Assembly (NCBI GenBank): GCA_965235115.1
Contig: OZ249436.1
Span: 48,548,001-48,612,000 of the forward strand
From: Laetmonice hystrix
Taxonomy: Eukaryota
Reading direction: 5' to 3'
Length of the DNA stretch: 64,000 nucleotides
Shown: positions 1 to 12,500 of the stretch, in pieces
Numbering within the stretch: position 1 is the first letter of the stretch
How the letters are laid out: each line of letters starts with the position of its first letter
Made by a program: the position numbers and the translations under genes
The notes under the pieces: generated by a model
What the model was told of the DNA's origin: nothing
Seen by the model: the letters and a program-made list of their open reading frames with translations, nothing else
Database searches by the model: none

Positions 1-558
1 CATTACTCACGTATGGCTCAAAGCAGGATGTAACGATTTTGAAATCTAATGCCGTACTAGGCATCCACATTTCTTAGGGAGAACCTCCAAGTTTTAAAAG
101 TATCGTTTGATAGGTCTCTTTTCCTGTTGATGACATATTATCTCTGTCAGACTCGTTTGTTAAAAATAGACATTTTGCCATAGGTGGCCTATTGCTAAGG
201 AGAAATTTTAAAAGCTTTTGCTAGGCGACAGAATAACATTACCTCTACATCAATATGTCCATTTTAATCCTTTAGCTATTAATGTAATTGACATTGATTT
301 GATACAGATTGCCTATAATATTGTGATGCCGGTTGCTAAGGACGTTAGAACAGTTAATTGGTTGCTAGGCAACAAAATCTCAATTAATGGCCCAGAATGT
401 TACTTGGCAAACAAAATGTTAGATTTAGACGAAACAATGTCATTCGGAAAAGTTGTTTACCAATGTTTGCTCAACAATTCCTCAGACAAGTGCTAGTGTG
501 AGGCCAAAAATTTGTTTGAGACAGATTTTTTTTAAATTTTGCAGATAAACAGAGTATG

Positions 559-981
559 TTATCCTCTTTCAAAATTCAGCAAAAAATGATACCTCACCTG
601 CTTAGTTTTTTTGTTAAGAGCGTTTGAAGTTGGTATGTTCTTCATGTTAATGAATACACTGTTTGCAAATTTTTTTACCACTTTTATTTGTCAGAACGGT
701 GTTATGACAAATAGAAGTGGTTAAAAAAAAAGAGAAAAAAATTTTGACTTTGAACATTTTCACTGTGGTGTAAATGAGCAAAAGTGAAAATGTTCAAAAT
801 CAAACTTTTTTTTACCACTTCTATAACTTCAACACCGTTATGACAAATAGAAGTGGTAAAAAAAATTGCAAACAGTCTATTCATTAATTAACATGACGAA
901 CATACTAATTTCAAACGCTCTTAACAAAAAAAATAACCCGGTGAGGTATCATTTTTTGCTGAATTTTAAAAGAGGACAACA
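559..981. repeat. ~420-bp imperfect palindrome (foldback/MITE-like)
   Basis: Left arm (tgttatcctctttcaaaattcagcaaaaaatgatacctcacc...) is the reverse complement of the right arm (...ggtgaggtatcattttttgctgaattttaaaagaggacaaca); centre near 770. Confidence 0.8.
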
Positions 982-2054
982 GTGCAGCCTTTTGGGTATC
1001 CTGCATTACAATAATGTCGGTGTTAGTGAAACATTCCGGGAGTAAACTACGTCTCCTCCAGTGGTGGATTCAGGGGAGGGGCTACGGGGGTTTCTTTGCT
1101 TGAAAGGTCAAACCAAACATACAACCCCGCACCCCCTTATATCCTTATATCCCGAACTTCCTAAACTACTCCTGCTCAAAGCCCGGGGGTGGGGGGTTAA
1201 AACATTGACTGGTTGCTGCACGAACCTGCCTTGACCAAGCAGTGGAATTGCTTCTGACAATGATGACTTGTCTGCGTCGGTCTGGATGTGTATTCATTGG
1301 CAGTGGTGGTTTACAAGGAGGGGGGAGAGGACAGGAGTAATGGAAGCCAACAGTCTGATTAACCCTCCTCGGTCAATCTTTCCTACTGACGCTGGCCAAG
1401 GTCAAGGTCATGGGGTTTGCGGCGGTAGAACGGGTTCAGTATTCCTGAACTCTTGTCGCTGCCAAACACATGGAGTTAGCAAGGGCTCAAGGTGGAAAAG
1501 GCCAAAGTGGTTTGAAAAGTTCAATGACCGTTTCCATTCGGTGTCCCGAGCAGTCCTTATTGGGGTTGAACTGCGCAGACTCAGTAGTATGATTAGCGTC
1601 AATAGTGAAACAAGAGCCCCAGTAGCGCAAAACGCCAACTCTAATGAACACCGCAGTCTGAGGGCAGAGAACCTTTGATTTATTAACGACCTTTGAAGTA
1701 TTTGAAGACCAAGCAACGCCTCTCCAGCTTCACCTCTTTAATTGATAAAGAGCTTTACGTTTACCGCATCTTTAACATGTAGGCAACTAACTGATGAATT
1801 ACATGTTCACGGAGAAAAGGCGAGGAGATAGAAATAGGTTATGTATTATCTACCCGATAACGTGGCACGGTCTGCCGGCTAATCTGTCTCTCTCTATGAA
1901 TATTTCAGAGATGTCTGTCAGTGCGTACGTCCTGTAGTACATTTCGTGCTGTTTATGGGATATAAATGTGCTTCTTCATAATTTGCCGTGTGCTTATGAC
2001 ATTAGGGGCGGATCCATGGCAGTTTGTACCGACGGGGGTGGGGGGGGGGGGGTA

Positions 2055-2120
2055 GCTGCGGCTGCGGCTGCGGCTGCGGCTGCGGCTGCGGCTGCGGCTG
2101 CGGCTGCGGCTGCGGCTGCA
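2055..2120. repeat. (GCTGCG)n microsatellite, ~11 copies
   Basis: Seen directly; accounts for the poly-A, CG, SR and QP ORFs in the track. Confidence 0.95.
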
Positions 2121-2490
2121 GGGGTAGGTGGGCCGTTCGACGTAAGTCACTGTATATAGTCGTCCGATTCATGGCAGTAACTCGATTTCTAAACTTTAGC
2201 AAAGTTTATCCTATATCCCAAAAGTTATCTACATATTTTGCCAAATTAATGAGACATAATTAAACGTAAGAATGCGTAATAATATCCTATCTACACTTTT
2301 GGACTGAGAGAAATATTGAAAGCCAATTTTCTCAAAATAGCAATTTTGCATTTACCGCAGTACGAGTTGTCAGGGCGGAGTGAATCCAAGGCTTAAGGCT
2401 TACCAAAACCAGAAAGATCCTTACCCCCCCCCCCCCCCCCAAAAAAAGGGGCTTAGCCTACTTAGAATTCTGGGGCGTCATATACTTTAA

Positions 2491-3023
2491 AGGAAATATG
2501 TCACGGGCGGTATCGACTGAAATCTTCAGTTTTCTGCTTACCTGCTCACCACTGACGTACTTTATGGCACTGATTGTTTTGTTAACACATACATGTACTA
2601 CGAGTAGACAGCTGCGAAATACTCCCTAATGTAGAAAAATGAATAAAACTAGCTGCAGTGTCCGCAAAGTGCGATGAATCCGCCATTTCGGCCCCCTTTG
2701 GCTGCCGCGAATCGTTGGAACGGGTCCCATGATCACGTGACTCTCGCTGTGATTACTCGAGATGTAAACACGGGACTATAATGGCCCATCCGTCGATCGT
2801 GTGAAAACGGTGCAAAACACAGCCGGCTGCAAATCCCGGGATCTCGGAATCTAAGTGTGTCATTTTCAGTGACCGCATTAAGAATTGACAATTTTTTTTT
2901 ACAAAATACCGGCCAAAGCTACATAAACAGGTAGGGGACGTTTGGGGCATATCGGAGAACCGCAATGCAGACATATCTTTGCTGAAACACGACGTATTAT
3001 TTGAAATTCGTGACATATTACCT
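2491..3023. mobile_element. Non-autonomous DNA transposon (Kolobok-like MITE)
   Basis: TTAA|AGGAAATATGTCACG ... CGTGACATATTACCT|TTAA: 15-bp TIR with 1 mismatch, TTAA TSD, AG..CT ends. Confidence 0.75.
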
Positions 3024-3649
3024 TTAAGAACGGGGTACGCGTGCGGTGTATGTGAGCGAAAAAGACATTCAAACAAAAGCACACGTAATGTTAGACTGTG
3101 ATAGGACACTAAATTTCCGCGTCATTCACAATGATCTGGACTACAGATCTATTCATCAGTTAATGAGATTTAAAATCCCTATGCGAATACACATACAAAT
3201 TTATGGATAAGTAAATTTCATGGACCATTTATGTGAGTGTATTGTTTTCACGGTTAAAAATTGAAACAGGAGAATATTACTTATAATGGACCCAAAAAAA
3301 CTCAGTAACTCACCCCAGAAAAGTTGATGTGCTTGGGGTTTTGTCAATAAATACAATATAAGTGAATGAGAACCCATCGGATGGAAGGCGACATGCAATC
3401 ATACCAGTCTGACACTGAACGGTCTTAGGTCAATCAGATCACGTGCTTTCATCGCAACCACGTGCTCTCCTGGAAGATCGCTTTGAAATGTCTCAGAATC
3501 CGGGAATAGGACATACCCGCCAGCGGTAAACTGCCAGCGCGCACGGAAAGTGGCCATTGGCGGCGGAGCAAGGTTGAAGTTCGCTCGGTAAACTATTATG
3601 GCTTGTTCCATATGTGCTGTGTCATTATAAAATGGCCGAGGCTCACATG

Positions 3650-3980
3650 TAGGGGCTCACATTTCGGCGACATGGCACGATACCCACAATATGCCTAAAG
3701 TCGTGCGATGTGCGCACGATGTCGTAACGTGTGAGAACGCTAGCGATAAGACAAGACACGATTCCATCAGGTCCTAGAAGATCGTATACGATATCGTGGG
3801 GGTTTGAACATGTTCAGAATATTACTGTCGTGCGATGGAGAATCGTACGATTTTACTCTCTCTATATAGCGAGAATTTGGCGGGAAATGATAGCGGACTT
3901 AAATGAAGAGGACACTCTTGATCTCTGTGTTTTGACTGCCGTCAACATAAACAGAAGGCGGCCAAACAGGCGGAAGGCCG
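3650..3980 (+). mobile_element. Possible 5' fragment of a PIF/Harbinger-like element
   Basis: Starts AGGGGCTCACAT, has CGAT/ATCG-rich subterminal sequence with TGAACATGTTCA (compare 52600), then MIADLNEEDTLDLCVLTAVNINRRRPNRRK, which resembles acidic-hydrophobic-basic Harbinger ORF starts. No right end found. Confidence 0.3.
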
Positions 3981-6105
3981 TCAAGCGACTGTGTTATGAA
4001 AGGGCTTGCGAGAGCATTCATATAGCGCGGGTCGCTCTGACCACAGCTGGATCAAGTGATCCTCGGCCAGGGTTCCCAGCCACTCTGGAAATCAGGGAAA
4101 ACCTTGAAATTGGCATTCCATTTTTCCAGTCAGGGAAAACACAGGGAATTTGACAGTGACCCAGATGGGAAAGGTATTCATCAGTTAATCAGTTAATTCA
4201 ATTAGTGTTCATAAAGTGCGAAGGAGGAATACACCGTGCTGACAACGGTTGACTGGGCCCCAACTCCCAACACTGTCCACCCGGTGGTCCACCGAAACCT
4301 CAACCCAACCTCGCTCAACGCCATTGTTGCACAACGCCATTGTTGTTGTTGACGTAACACTAGCAGGAAACGCATTTGTAAATAATCAAAAGAAAAACAA
4401 TGCATGATCCGTGGGTCAGGCTCAGATTACAGCCGTGCAGAAAGTGGCGGGTGGCGGTGCGACTGCTGAGTCGTACGCCTTTCTGAATGGCCTTGTATAT
4501 TTGCCAGGGTTTCATGACAGGTGCGCTGTGTTTGTTCCGCCACCCCGCGTGACACTGCACGTACATTGCACGCGCACGGCTACTGAAGCCACTCCTCACA
4601 CGTCTTTTCGGCCTGGCGTTCACTAAACAGGGCCGCGCTCGGGGAGTTGGAGCCGGACAAGCTGCAGGGGCATATAGCGGGCAGCAGTAAATAGTAAACG
4701 TGTTAGCAGCTGCCATACGGAGGCGATGATGATAGATCTTCGAACAGTAACAGTATTATAATACCAGTATCAATACTGTCAATTTAACAGCTGGTATAAT
4801 AGGTGGCCAGGAACGCCACAAGTAGCCTATTAGCAGCAACGAAACCGCGACAACATTATGTAGCTTGTATGGGAGAGGAGAGTTGTATTTTTAAATTTAA
4901 TTTTTCCTATGTATATATTTTATGGCAATGGCTGCTGCCAAAGTACTTTGGGCGGAAGACCACCAAAAGGCTATTGCCAAAGTACCAATCAAATTACAGT
5001 ATTTCTACTTTGGCAGCAACAAGCCAGGGTAATTGCTGCCAAAGTACCAATGGGCGACTGGCTTACAAACTGCTTGTTGCCTGATCCTGCCAAAGTACTT
5101 TGGAAGCAAGAAACATGTATACGGTCAACTCGGGGTTGAGGCATGTAACAAAGTCCGTATTATAAAGCCACACGATTATGCAGAAGACCGTGGGCTTCAG
5201 TATCAAAGTACTTTGTCAGCAACTTTATCAGGAAATCTTATTGCACATGTGGACGAAGAACTTTGTGTGGAAGCGCTGTTACCAAAGTCTATGGGTACAC
5301 ATGCACTGAAGTGTGAAAGCACAAAAGTTGTTAGGGGACGTTCAGACCATTACCGCGTTATATCAGTGGCGGATCCGGGGGTAGGGAGTTAACACCCCTA
5401 GCCAATTTTGTCTTTTTTTCACCATTGAACGGTCTTAATTGTCCATGACTACTCCCCTCCCCCAGAAAATTCTTCCCTTAACCCCGCCCCCTTTCTAAAT
5501 CCCGCATCCGCCCTGTATCAGTACGGTTTTTAATACCAAAGTAGGCCTACTTTGACAGGAACAAGTGTGATTAGGCCTATACTACAATTTCTAAGCATGA
5601 CCTACTGAGCCAACGTCCTTTTTGTCTGGAAACATGAAATCTCTGGAACTGAGATTTAATTTTGACACACTTTTTCATGACACACAGGGACATTTTCGAT
5701 GGCGAAGTACTTTATCAGGTGACGCTGTCTTAACGTGACGTTTATTGACAGAATAAAGTCAGGAAGTCAAGTGGTACTATATTTTGAACATGAGCTTTAT
5801 TGCCAACGACCCTTCACATAGGACATAGAGAATTACAACTGTCGGTGTGGAGAAAATCTTAGGTGTAAAAGCAAAAGGTATACTCGTAGTTTGCTGACGT
5901 AGTCAAGGTAATATAGGCCTACTTATATACATGTAGGCCTATATAATTTGGAGATGCCAATTAACATGCGAAACTGTGTAACCCTGAAAAAAACCTTTCA
6001 GAACTTCCTTCGTGAGTTACAGTAAAACAGCCTGCGGTAATTTGGCCTGAATCTGTATAGTAATATGGAACACTTGGAAAAAGTGGACACCAGTGGCAAC
6101 ACTAA

Positions 6106-7054
6106 TTTGGTAATCGCAAAGCAGCCTAACCCCCTACCCCTTGCTGTCACAGTACTTTGGTAATGGCAAAACAGCCTAACCCCCTACTCCTTGCTGCCAC
6201 AGTACTTTGGTAATAGCAAAACAGCCTAACCTCCTACCCCTTGCTGCTTCAGTACTTTGGTAATAGCAAAGCAGCCTAACCCCCTACCCCTTGCTGCCAC
6301 AGTACCTTGGCAATAACAATGCAGCCTAACGCCCTGCCCCTTGCTGCCACAGTACCTTGGCAATAACAATGCAGCCTAACGCCCTGCCCCTTGCTGCCAC
6401 AGTACCTTGGCAATAACAATGCAGCCTAACCCCCTATACCTTGCTGCCACAGTACTTTGGTAATAGCAAAGGAGCCTAACCCCCTGCCCCTTGCTGCCAC
6501 AGTACCTTGGCAATAACAATGCAGCCTTACCCCCTACCTCTTGCTGCCACAGTACTTTGGTAATAGCAAAGCAGCCTAACCCCCTACCTCTTGCTGCCAC
6601 AGTACTTTGGTAATAGCAAAGCAGCCTAACCCCCTACCCCTTGCTGCCACAGTACCTTGGCAATAACAATGCAGCCTAACCCCCTACCCCTTGCTGCCAC
6701 AGTACCTTGGCAATAACAATGCAGCCTAACCCCCTACCCCTTGCTGCACCATTACTTTGGCAATAACAATGCAGCCTAACGCCCTACCCCTTGCTGCCAC
6801 AGTACCTTGGCAATAACAATGCAGCCTAACCCCCTACCCCTTGCTGCCACAGTACCTTGGCAATAACAATGCAGCCTAACGCCCTGCCCCTTGCTGCCAC
6901 ATTACTTTGGCAATAACAATGCAGCCTAACCCCCTACCCCTTGCTACCACAGTACTTTGGCAATAACAATGCAGCCTAACGCCCTGTCCCTTGCTGCCAC
7001 ATTACTTTGGCAATAGCAATGCAGCCTAACCCCCTGCCCCTTGCTGCCACAGTA
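6106..7054 (+). repeat. 50-bp minisatellite, ~19 copies (left arm of a large inverted repeat)
   Basis: Unit gcagcctaaccccctaccccttgctgccacagtactttggtaatagcaaa. Confidence 0.95.
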
Positions 7055-7067
7055 ACAATTTGTTAAC

Positions 7068-8761
7068 CGATGTTGTCAGCTTTGGTTTCCGTTGTCTAAG
7101 GCGACAATTGTCGCACTGGATTTTTTTGGCGCGGCCAGTCCCTGTGCAGTCCCTCGCTCCACAGTCATTTGAATGGTTCCGCCAAGAACTGCTGGTACGT
7201 ATGTTGGCGGTAGTCTGGTACGTGGAGCTGCGTGAGTGATGGAGGTACCACTTCTGCATCTGCATTCTGAATTAACAAGAATATCGACACTCATCAATAA
7301 ATCAATTTTATTTTTACCAAATTGATCAGTCTCTTTGCCATAAATGGTAAAGTTTATGGTTACAGTGCAAGTAATCAAAGAGTCTATCAATTTTAACTGA
7401 AATGACAGATGGCATGGTTTCTGATTAGATATTACCAAGGTAATGTGAGAGCAAGGGGCAGGGCATTAGGCTGTATTGTTATTGCCAAAGTAACTGTGGC
7501 AGCAAGGGGTAGGGGGTTAGGCTGCATTGTTATTGCCAAAGTACTGTGGCAGCAAGGGGCAGGGGGTTAGGCTGTATTGTTATTGCCAAAGTAACTGTGG
7601 CAGCAAGGGGTAGGGGGTTAGGCTGCATTGCTATTGCCAAGGTACTGTGGCAGCAAGGGGTACGGCGTTAGGCTGCATTGTTATTGCCAAAGTAATGTGG
7701 TAGCAAGAGGTAGGGGGTTAGGCTGCATTGTTATTGCCAAAGTACTGTGGCAGCAAGGGGCAAGGCGTTAGGCTGCATGGTTATTGCCAAAGTACTGTGG
7801 CAGCAAGGGGCAGGGGGTTAGGCTGCATTGTTATTGCCAAGGTACTGTGGCAGCAAGGGACAGGGCGTTAGGCTGCATTGTTATTGCCAAAGTAATGTGG
7901 TAGCAAGAGGTAGGGGGTTAGGCTGCATTGTTATTGCCAAGGTACTTTGGCAGCAAGGGGTAGGTCGTTAGGCTGCATTGTTATTGCCAAAGTAATGTGG
8001 TAGCAAGAGGTAGGGGTTAGGCTGCATTGTTATTGCCAAAGTACTGTGGCAGCAAGGGGCAAGGCGCTAGGCTGCATGGTTATTGCCAAAGTACTGTGGC
8101 AGCAAGCGGTAGGGGGTTAGGCTGCATTGTTATTGCCAAGGTACTGTGGCAGCAAGGGATAGGGCGTTAGGCTGCATTGTTATTGCCAAAGTAATGTGGT
8201 AGCAAGAGTTAGGGGGTTAGGCTGCATTGTTATTGCCAAAGTACTGTGGCAGCAAGGGGCAAGGCGTTAGGCTGCATGGTTATTGCCAAAGTAATGTGGT
8301 AGCAAGAGGTAGGGGGTTAGGCTGCATTGTTATTGCCAAAGTAATGTGGTAGCAAGAGGTAGGGGGTTAGGCTGCATTGTTATTGCCAAAGTACTGTGGC
8401 AGCAAGGGGCAAGGCATTAGGCTGCATTGTTATTGCCAAAGTACTGTGGCAGCAAGGGGTAGGGCGTATCATAATCACATCTGTAATAGCTAAGGTCTGG
8501 CCTTGTTGCACCCCTGTAACAATCATGGCAAAATGATTTTAACTTCGCTCTGAGTAACCATTAATCATGTCAAATAATGTAGAAATGAACTAACCTTATC
8601 CCCTCTGGGATCCGTATGTCTTGTCCTCCTGGGTGTTTTTGTAGATACGTCTTCACAGTTTCTGAGGCGTATATGTGATAAACAACATTCTGACCCTGCT
8701 TGTACTGGTCAAATGCCTCAGAAAAGCTATGGTCCGTCGGAAACGTGTCACCCAGCTTCAT
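7068..8761 (-). pseudogene. Spliced remnant resembling a MULE-associated/ZSWIM3-like N-terminal DNA-binding domain (exons 8761-8595 and 7266-~7068)
   Basis: MKLGDTFPTDHSFSEAFDQYKQGQNVVYHIYASETVKTYLQKHPGGQDIRIPEGI(R) ends at AG|GTTAGT (phase 2) and joins TTCAG|A ATG in frame (RMQMQKWYLHHSRSSTYQTTANIRT...CGARDC). Resemblance to the ZSWIM3 N-terminus (MELG..F.T...F...F..YK) is from memory, not a search. Confidence 0.4.
7432..8468 (-). repeat. Same 50-bp minisatellite in inverted orientation, ~20 copies (right arm)
   Basis: Unit ttgttattgccaaagtactgtggcagcaaggggtagggggttaggctgca is the reverse complement of the 6106-7054 unit. Confidence 0.95.
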
Positions 8762-9579
8762 TATAGCAGGACTAGTCAAGATGGCACCTCCTGGTCCTAG
8801 TCTTGGCGCCAAAAAATCTAGGTCATATGTAACAAAGCTTCTGATTGGTACTTTGACAATAGCGTTTTGGTCGTCTTCCACCCAAAGTACTTTGGCAGTA
8901 GACACTCCGATATTTTATACCAATCTTAATTCAAGTTTACATTTCCTGGCAGGTGAGTCCGTGTGCCTACAAGTATTACCTTGCCGACTTTATGAGAACT
9001 TCTGGCATACTTCAGGTGCATGTAAGAGTTAAGATGAGTTAAGATACGTCTTACCCGCCCTCCAGTCACCTTTCACCTTAAGGCCCCGATAAGGAAAATA
9101 GATTCCTACTTAAACATTTTCTTTGAAAACCGATAGTGGAATCATACGGACCACAAAGGGATGGCGTGACAGAGGAAAACATGGCTGTCTAGTATTATTG
9201 AGGTTTGCTTTCACAGGGCGGAAAACAACGTGTTAGTGGAAACTGTATTTTGCAGGCTGTAGTTTTCAAACAGCATGACCTCTGTGATCATGTATTTTGC
9301 AGGCTGTAGTTTTCAAACAGCATGACCTCCATGATCATGCATGCAAACATAGTTGGCCTAACAGGAAACACAATTGAGAAAGATAAAATCAATTATAGGT
9401 TAAGAATGTGACTAACATGACATTGAAAGTTGTGTAGAGACATGTCAGGCATTCTGTTGAACAGCACTGGAATCTGGCTTGATTAAAGATAATAAATGCT
9501 GTATACCTTTAATAGTAGGTTAGACCCATGGGATAATACCCACCGTTTCCTAGATCTCACGGTTGCAAGGGTCGGTACT

Positions 9580-12500
9580 AATCATACCACGTGACTACTT
9601 GAAGTAGGTCACGAACGTGTGGCTTAAGGCTTGTGGCTTGAGCGTAGATTCCTCAGTGCGCTGGTGGCTTTGAAAGCGTGGACACCTCAGCCCGCTTTCC
9701 CAGTGTATACACAGAGACGCCATCGCTGTTGGCCGGGAGATGCCACAGACGATGTTGACGCTCTGATGGGATCAGAAGTCGCCACTGCCACTAGGGCCAG
9801 TGAGACGCTTCTGTTATCCATGGAGACGCCACTGCAGAGACAGTGAGACGCTCCAAATTACTACAGAGACGCCATCGCTGTTGGCCGTGAGACGCTCCAC
9901 TATGGAGACGCCACTTGTCACAGTCGATGTTGACGCTCTGATGGAGACGCCACTGCAGAGACAGTGAGACGCTCCAAAATTTCTACAGAGACGCCATCGC
10001 TGTTGGCCGTGAGACGCTCTACTCTGGAGACGCCACTTGTCACAGACGATGTTGACGCTCTGATGGGATCAGAAGTCGCCACTGCCACTAGGGCCAGTGA
10101 GACGCTTCTGTTATCCCTGGAGACGCCACTGCAGAGACAGTGAGACGCTCCTAATTTCTACAGAGACGCCATCGCTGTTGGCCGTGAGACGCTCCTCTGG
10201 AGACGCCACTTGTCACAGACGATGTTGACGCTCTGATGGAGACGCCACTGCAGAGACAGTGAGACGCTCCAAATTTCTACAGAGACGCCATCGCTGTTGG
10301 CCGTGAGACGCTCTACTATGGAGACGCCACTTGTCACAGACGATGTTGACGCTCTGATGGGATCAGAAGACGCCACTGCCACTAGGGCCAGTGAGACGCT
10401 TCTGTTATCCCTGGAGACGCCACTGCAGAGACAGTGAGACGCTCCTGATCGAGGAGACGCCACTGCATGGGCAGTGAGACGCCCTTATTTCTAATCCCCC
10501 CTCCCCCACGGGGGGAGGGGGGAATGTCCGGCTACTGTTATAGTCGCGCTGGTGTATCAACAACCGGAGAGCAGTGGGGTGCCCGGGAGTGACCTCTACC
10601 TGACCTTTCCTCCGGCGGCCGGCCGGGGGGGGGGGGACTGACCGCCCTGGTTTGATTAGACTTCATAATGGGATGTTAAGGTCCCCCTGCCCCCTCCTGG
10701 GCTGGGTCGGTGTCACCCTCAGGTCCACTTCATCCTCTGTTTAATTACACGATGGATCGAGACAACACCTTCTGATCGGCACACTGACCAGCCAGCCCGG
10801 GGTTAGCACCCTGACACTGACCTGGTTTCGCTTCCGTAAACACTCATCTAATGATGGACATCCTACCTTACAACATGTAGCTGCCTCCAACCCACGCTTG
10901 GTATAGGAGGAAAGGAACGGACAATACCTGGCACCAGTATAGGCTACCCTTACATCACGACGGGGATCGACATTCTTAAGGATATCAGCCGGCCCATTTT
11001 CTGATCACAATGCTATAAGCGTCCACACATATAGTGGTGAGGGACATAATGCCCACGTCAGGTAAGGTTAACGTGGTGATGCCGGTCATTTGAAGTATCG
11101 TTGTTTGAAGGTGAGCCATCCTGCCTACAGGTAGGCTTACGTGTGGGTTTCCCTGTGGGATCACCTCCTTGTACCCAGCCTTGACGCTTCAGACAGAGCG
11201 TCATTTTTTCCCACACGGGCAATGTGTGACGGGCGACTCCGCCAGGCCCTAGCAGGCCTGAATATATGTCATTCCACACTACCAATAAAACAATAAAATG
11301 GTTCCAAACCCCCAGTTCGGAGGACTCCTCATAGATGGTGGCGTCAACATGCCTCTGTCACAGCTGAGGTCCAGGGGCCCTCCCTGGCTGACCACCCAGG
11401 TTTATATTATCTACCAATATAGGAGGGTAGCCCTGGCGAAACAACCAAATCAAGATGACTCGGTCTGCGCCCCTAGTAACATCACACGCACGGTCGGACT
11501 ATCGCTCTTTACGTCAAGCAGAGCCCGAACAAGAATTGACCGTGTGGCGAACGTTTGGAGTCAATTGACGTCCACCTGGGTTTTGCCTTCCCAATGACAA
11601 ACCCTTGACCTTATGGGCCTCACTGTGATGTTTAGGACTGTGTGTCCTATCCTAATGTCCTGATCTTACGGCACGGAGTTGGCGCCATATGTGGGAGTCC
11701 CTAGTTGGCTAAGCCTAACCTTAAATAGACAGTGGGGTCTGGCAAAGTCCTATGCAGACTGTTTCGTTACAGACAGTTCGTGAAGTTCGGCATCACGCAT
11801 TATGACTAGTTAGCTTTTGGATGTGCTTCTCCAACCATCAATGACAGACAGAGAGGGTGAGACAGAGAACCAGCCAGCAATGACTGCTGCACCATTGAGA
11901 CAACACGCTGTATCCCCCGACTCTCAGGACCACTGAGACTGGTGATGACCAGGACAGTTGTCTTGGGCCTGCCTACCGGCTAGCCGTGGGAGGGCTCTGC
12001 CCCACCCCCTGTTAACACAGCAGGGCACCAGGCCTCGTTAGATGCCGTTACCCCGAGGCCGGCAGATCACGGCCCCACCTTTATTAAGGTTATGGAGCTC
12101 CAAGCACGTGGTCAAGCCAAGCTGACTACCGCTACTCAACACCACTCAGGTTACAGTACTCTAAAACTACTGGATGCTGAACTACTGACGTGAACTAGTA
12201 GAAACCGGCTAATACCTTTACATGTACACTATTCCGTGAAAGCCCGACACATTATCGGTATCATAACAAATTTAAATCAACATGCTAGTTTGCGCATGCC
12301 TAGTACAATGTAACATGTACTTGTACAGGCGCTACCACTGTGTGCGGCAAAACATTACGGCCTGGGTACATAATTACTCGCCTATACAATAATTACAAAT
12401 GTATAGGACCCTTACGTCCTCTCTCTAGCCTGCTAGGTTGTTGCGAAGTGACCTCCATTACTAATCGGTAGAAGAACTAGAAACTGAATTGCTAGCCGGA

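Noticed and set aside
1268..1716. Overlapping ORFs as upstream NCKX exons
   Set aside because: No alpha-1 or TM similarity in any frame I read.
1953..2263. Poly-Ala, (CG)n, (SR)n and (QP)n ORFs
   Set aside because: Translations of the (GCTGCG)n microsatellite; no splice context.
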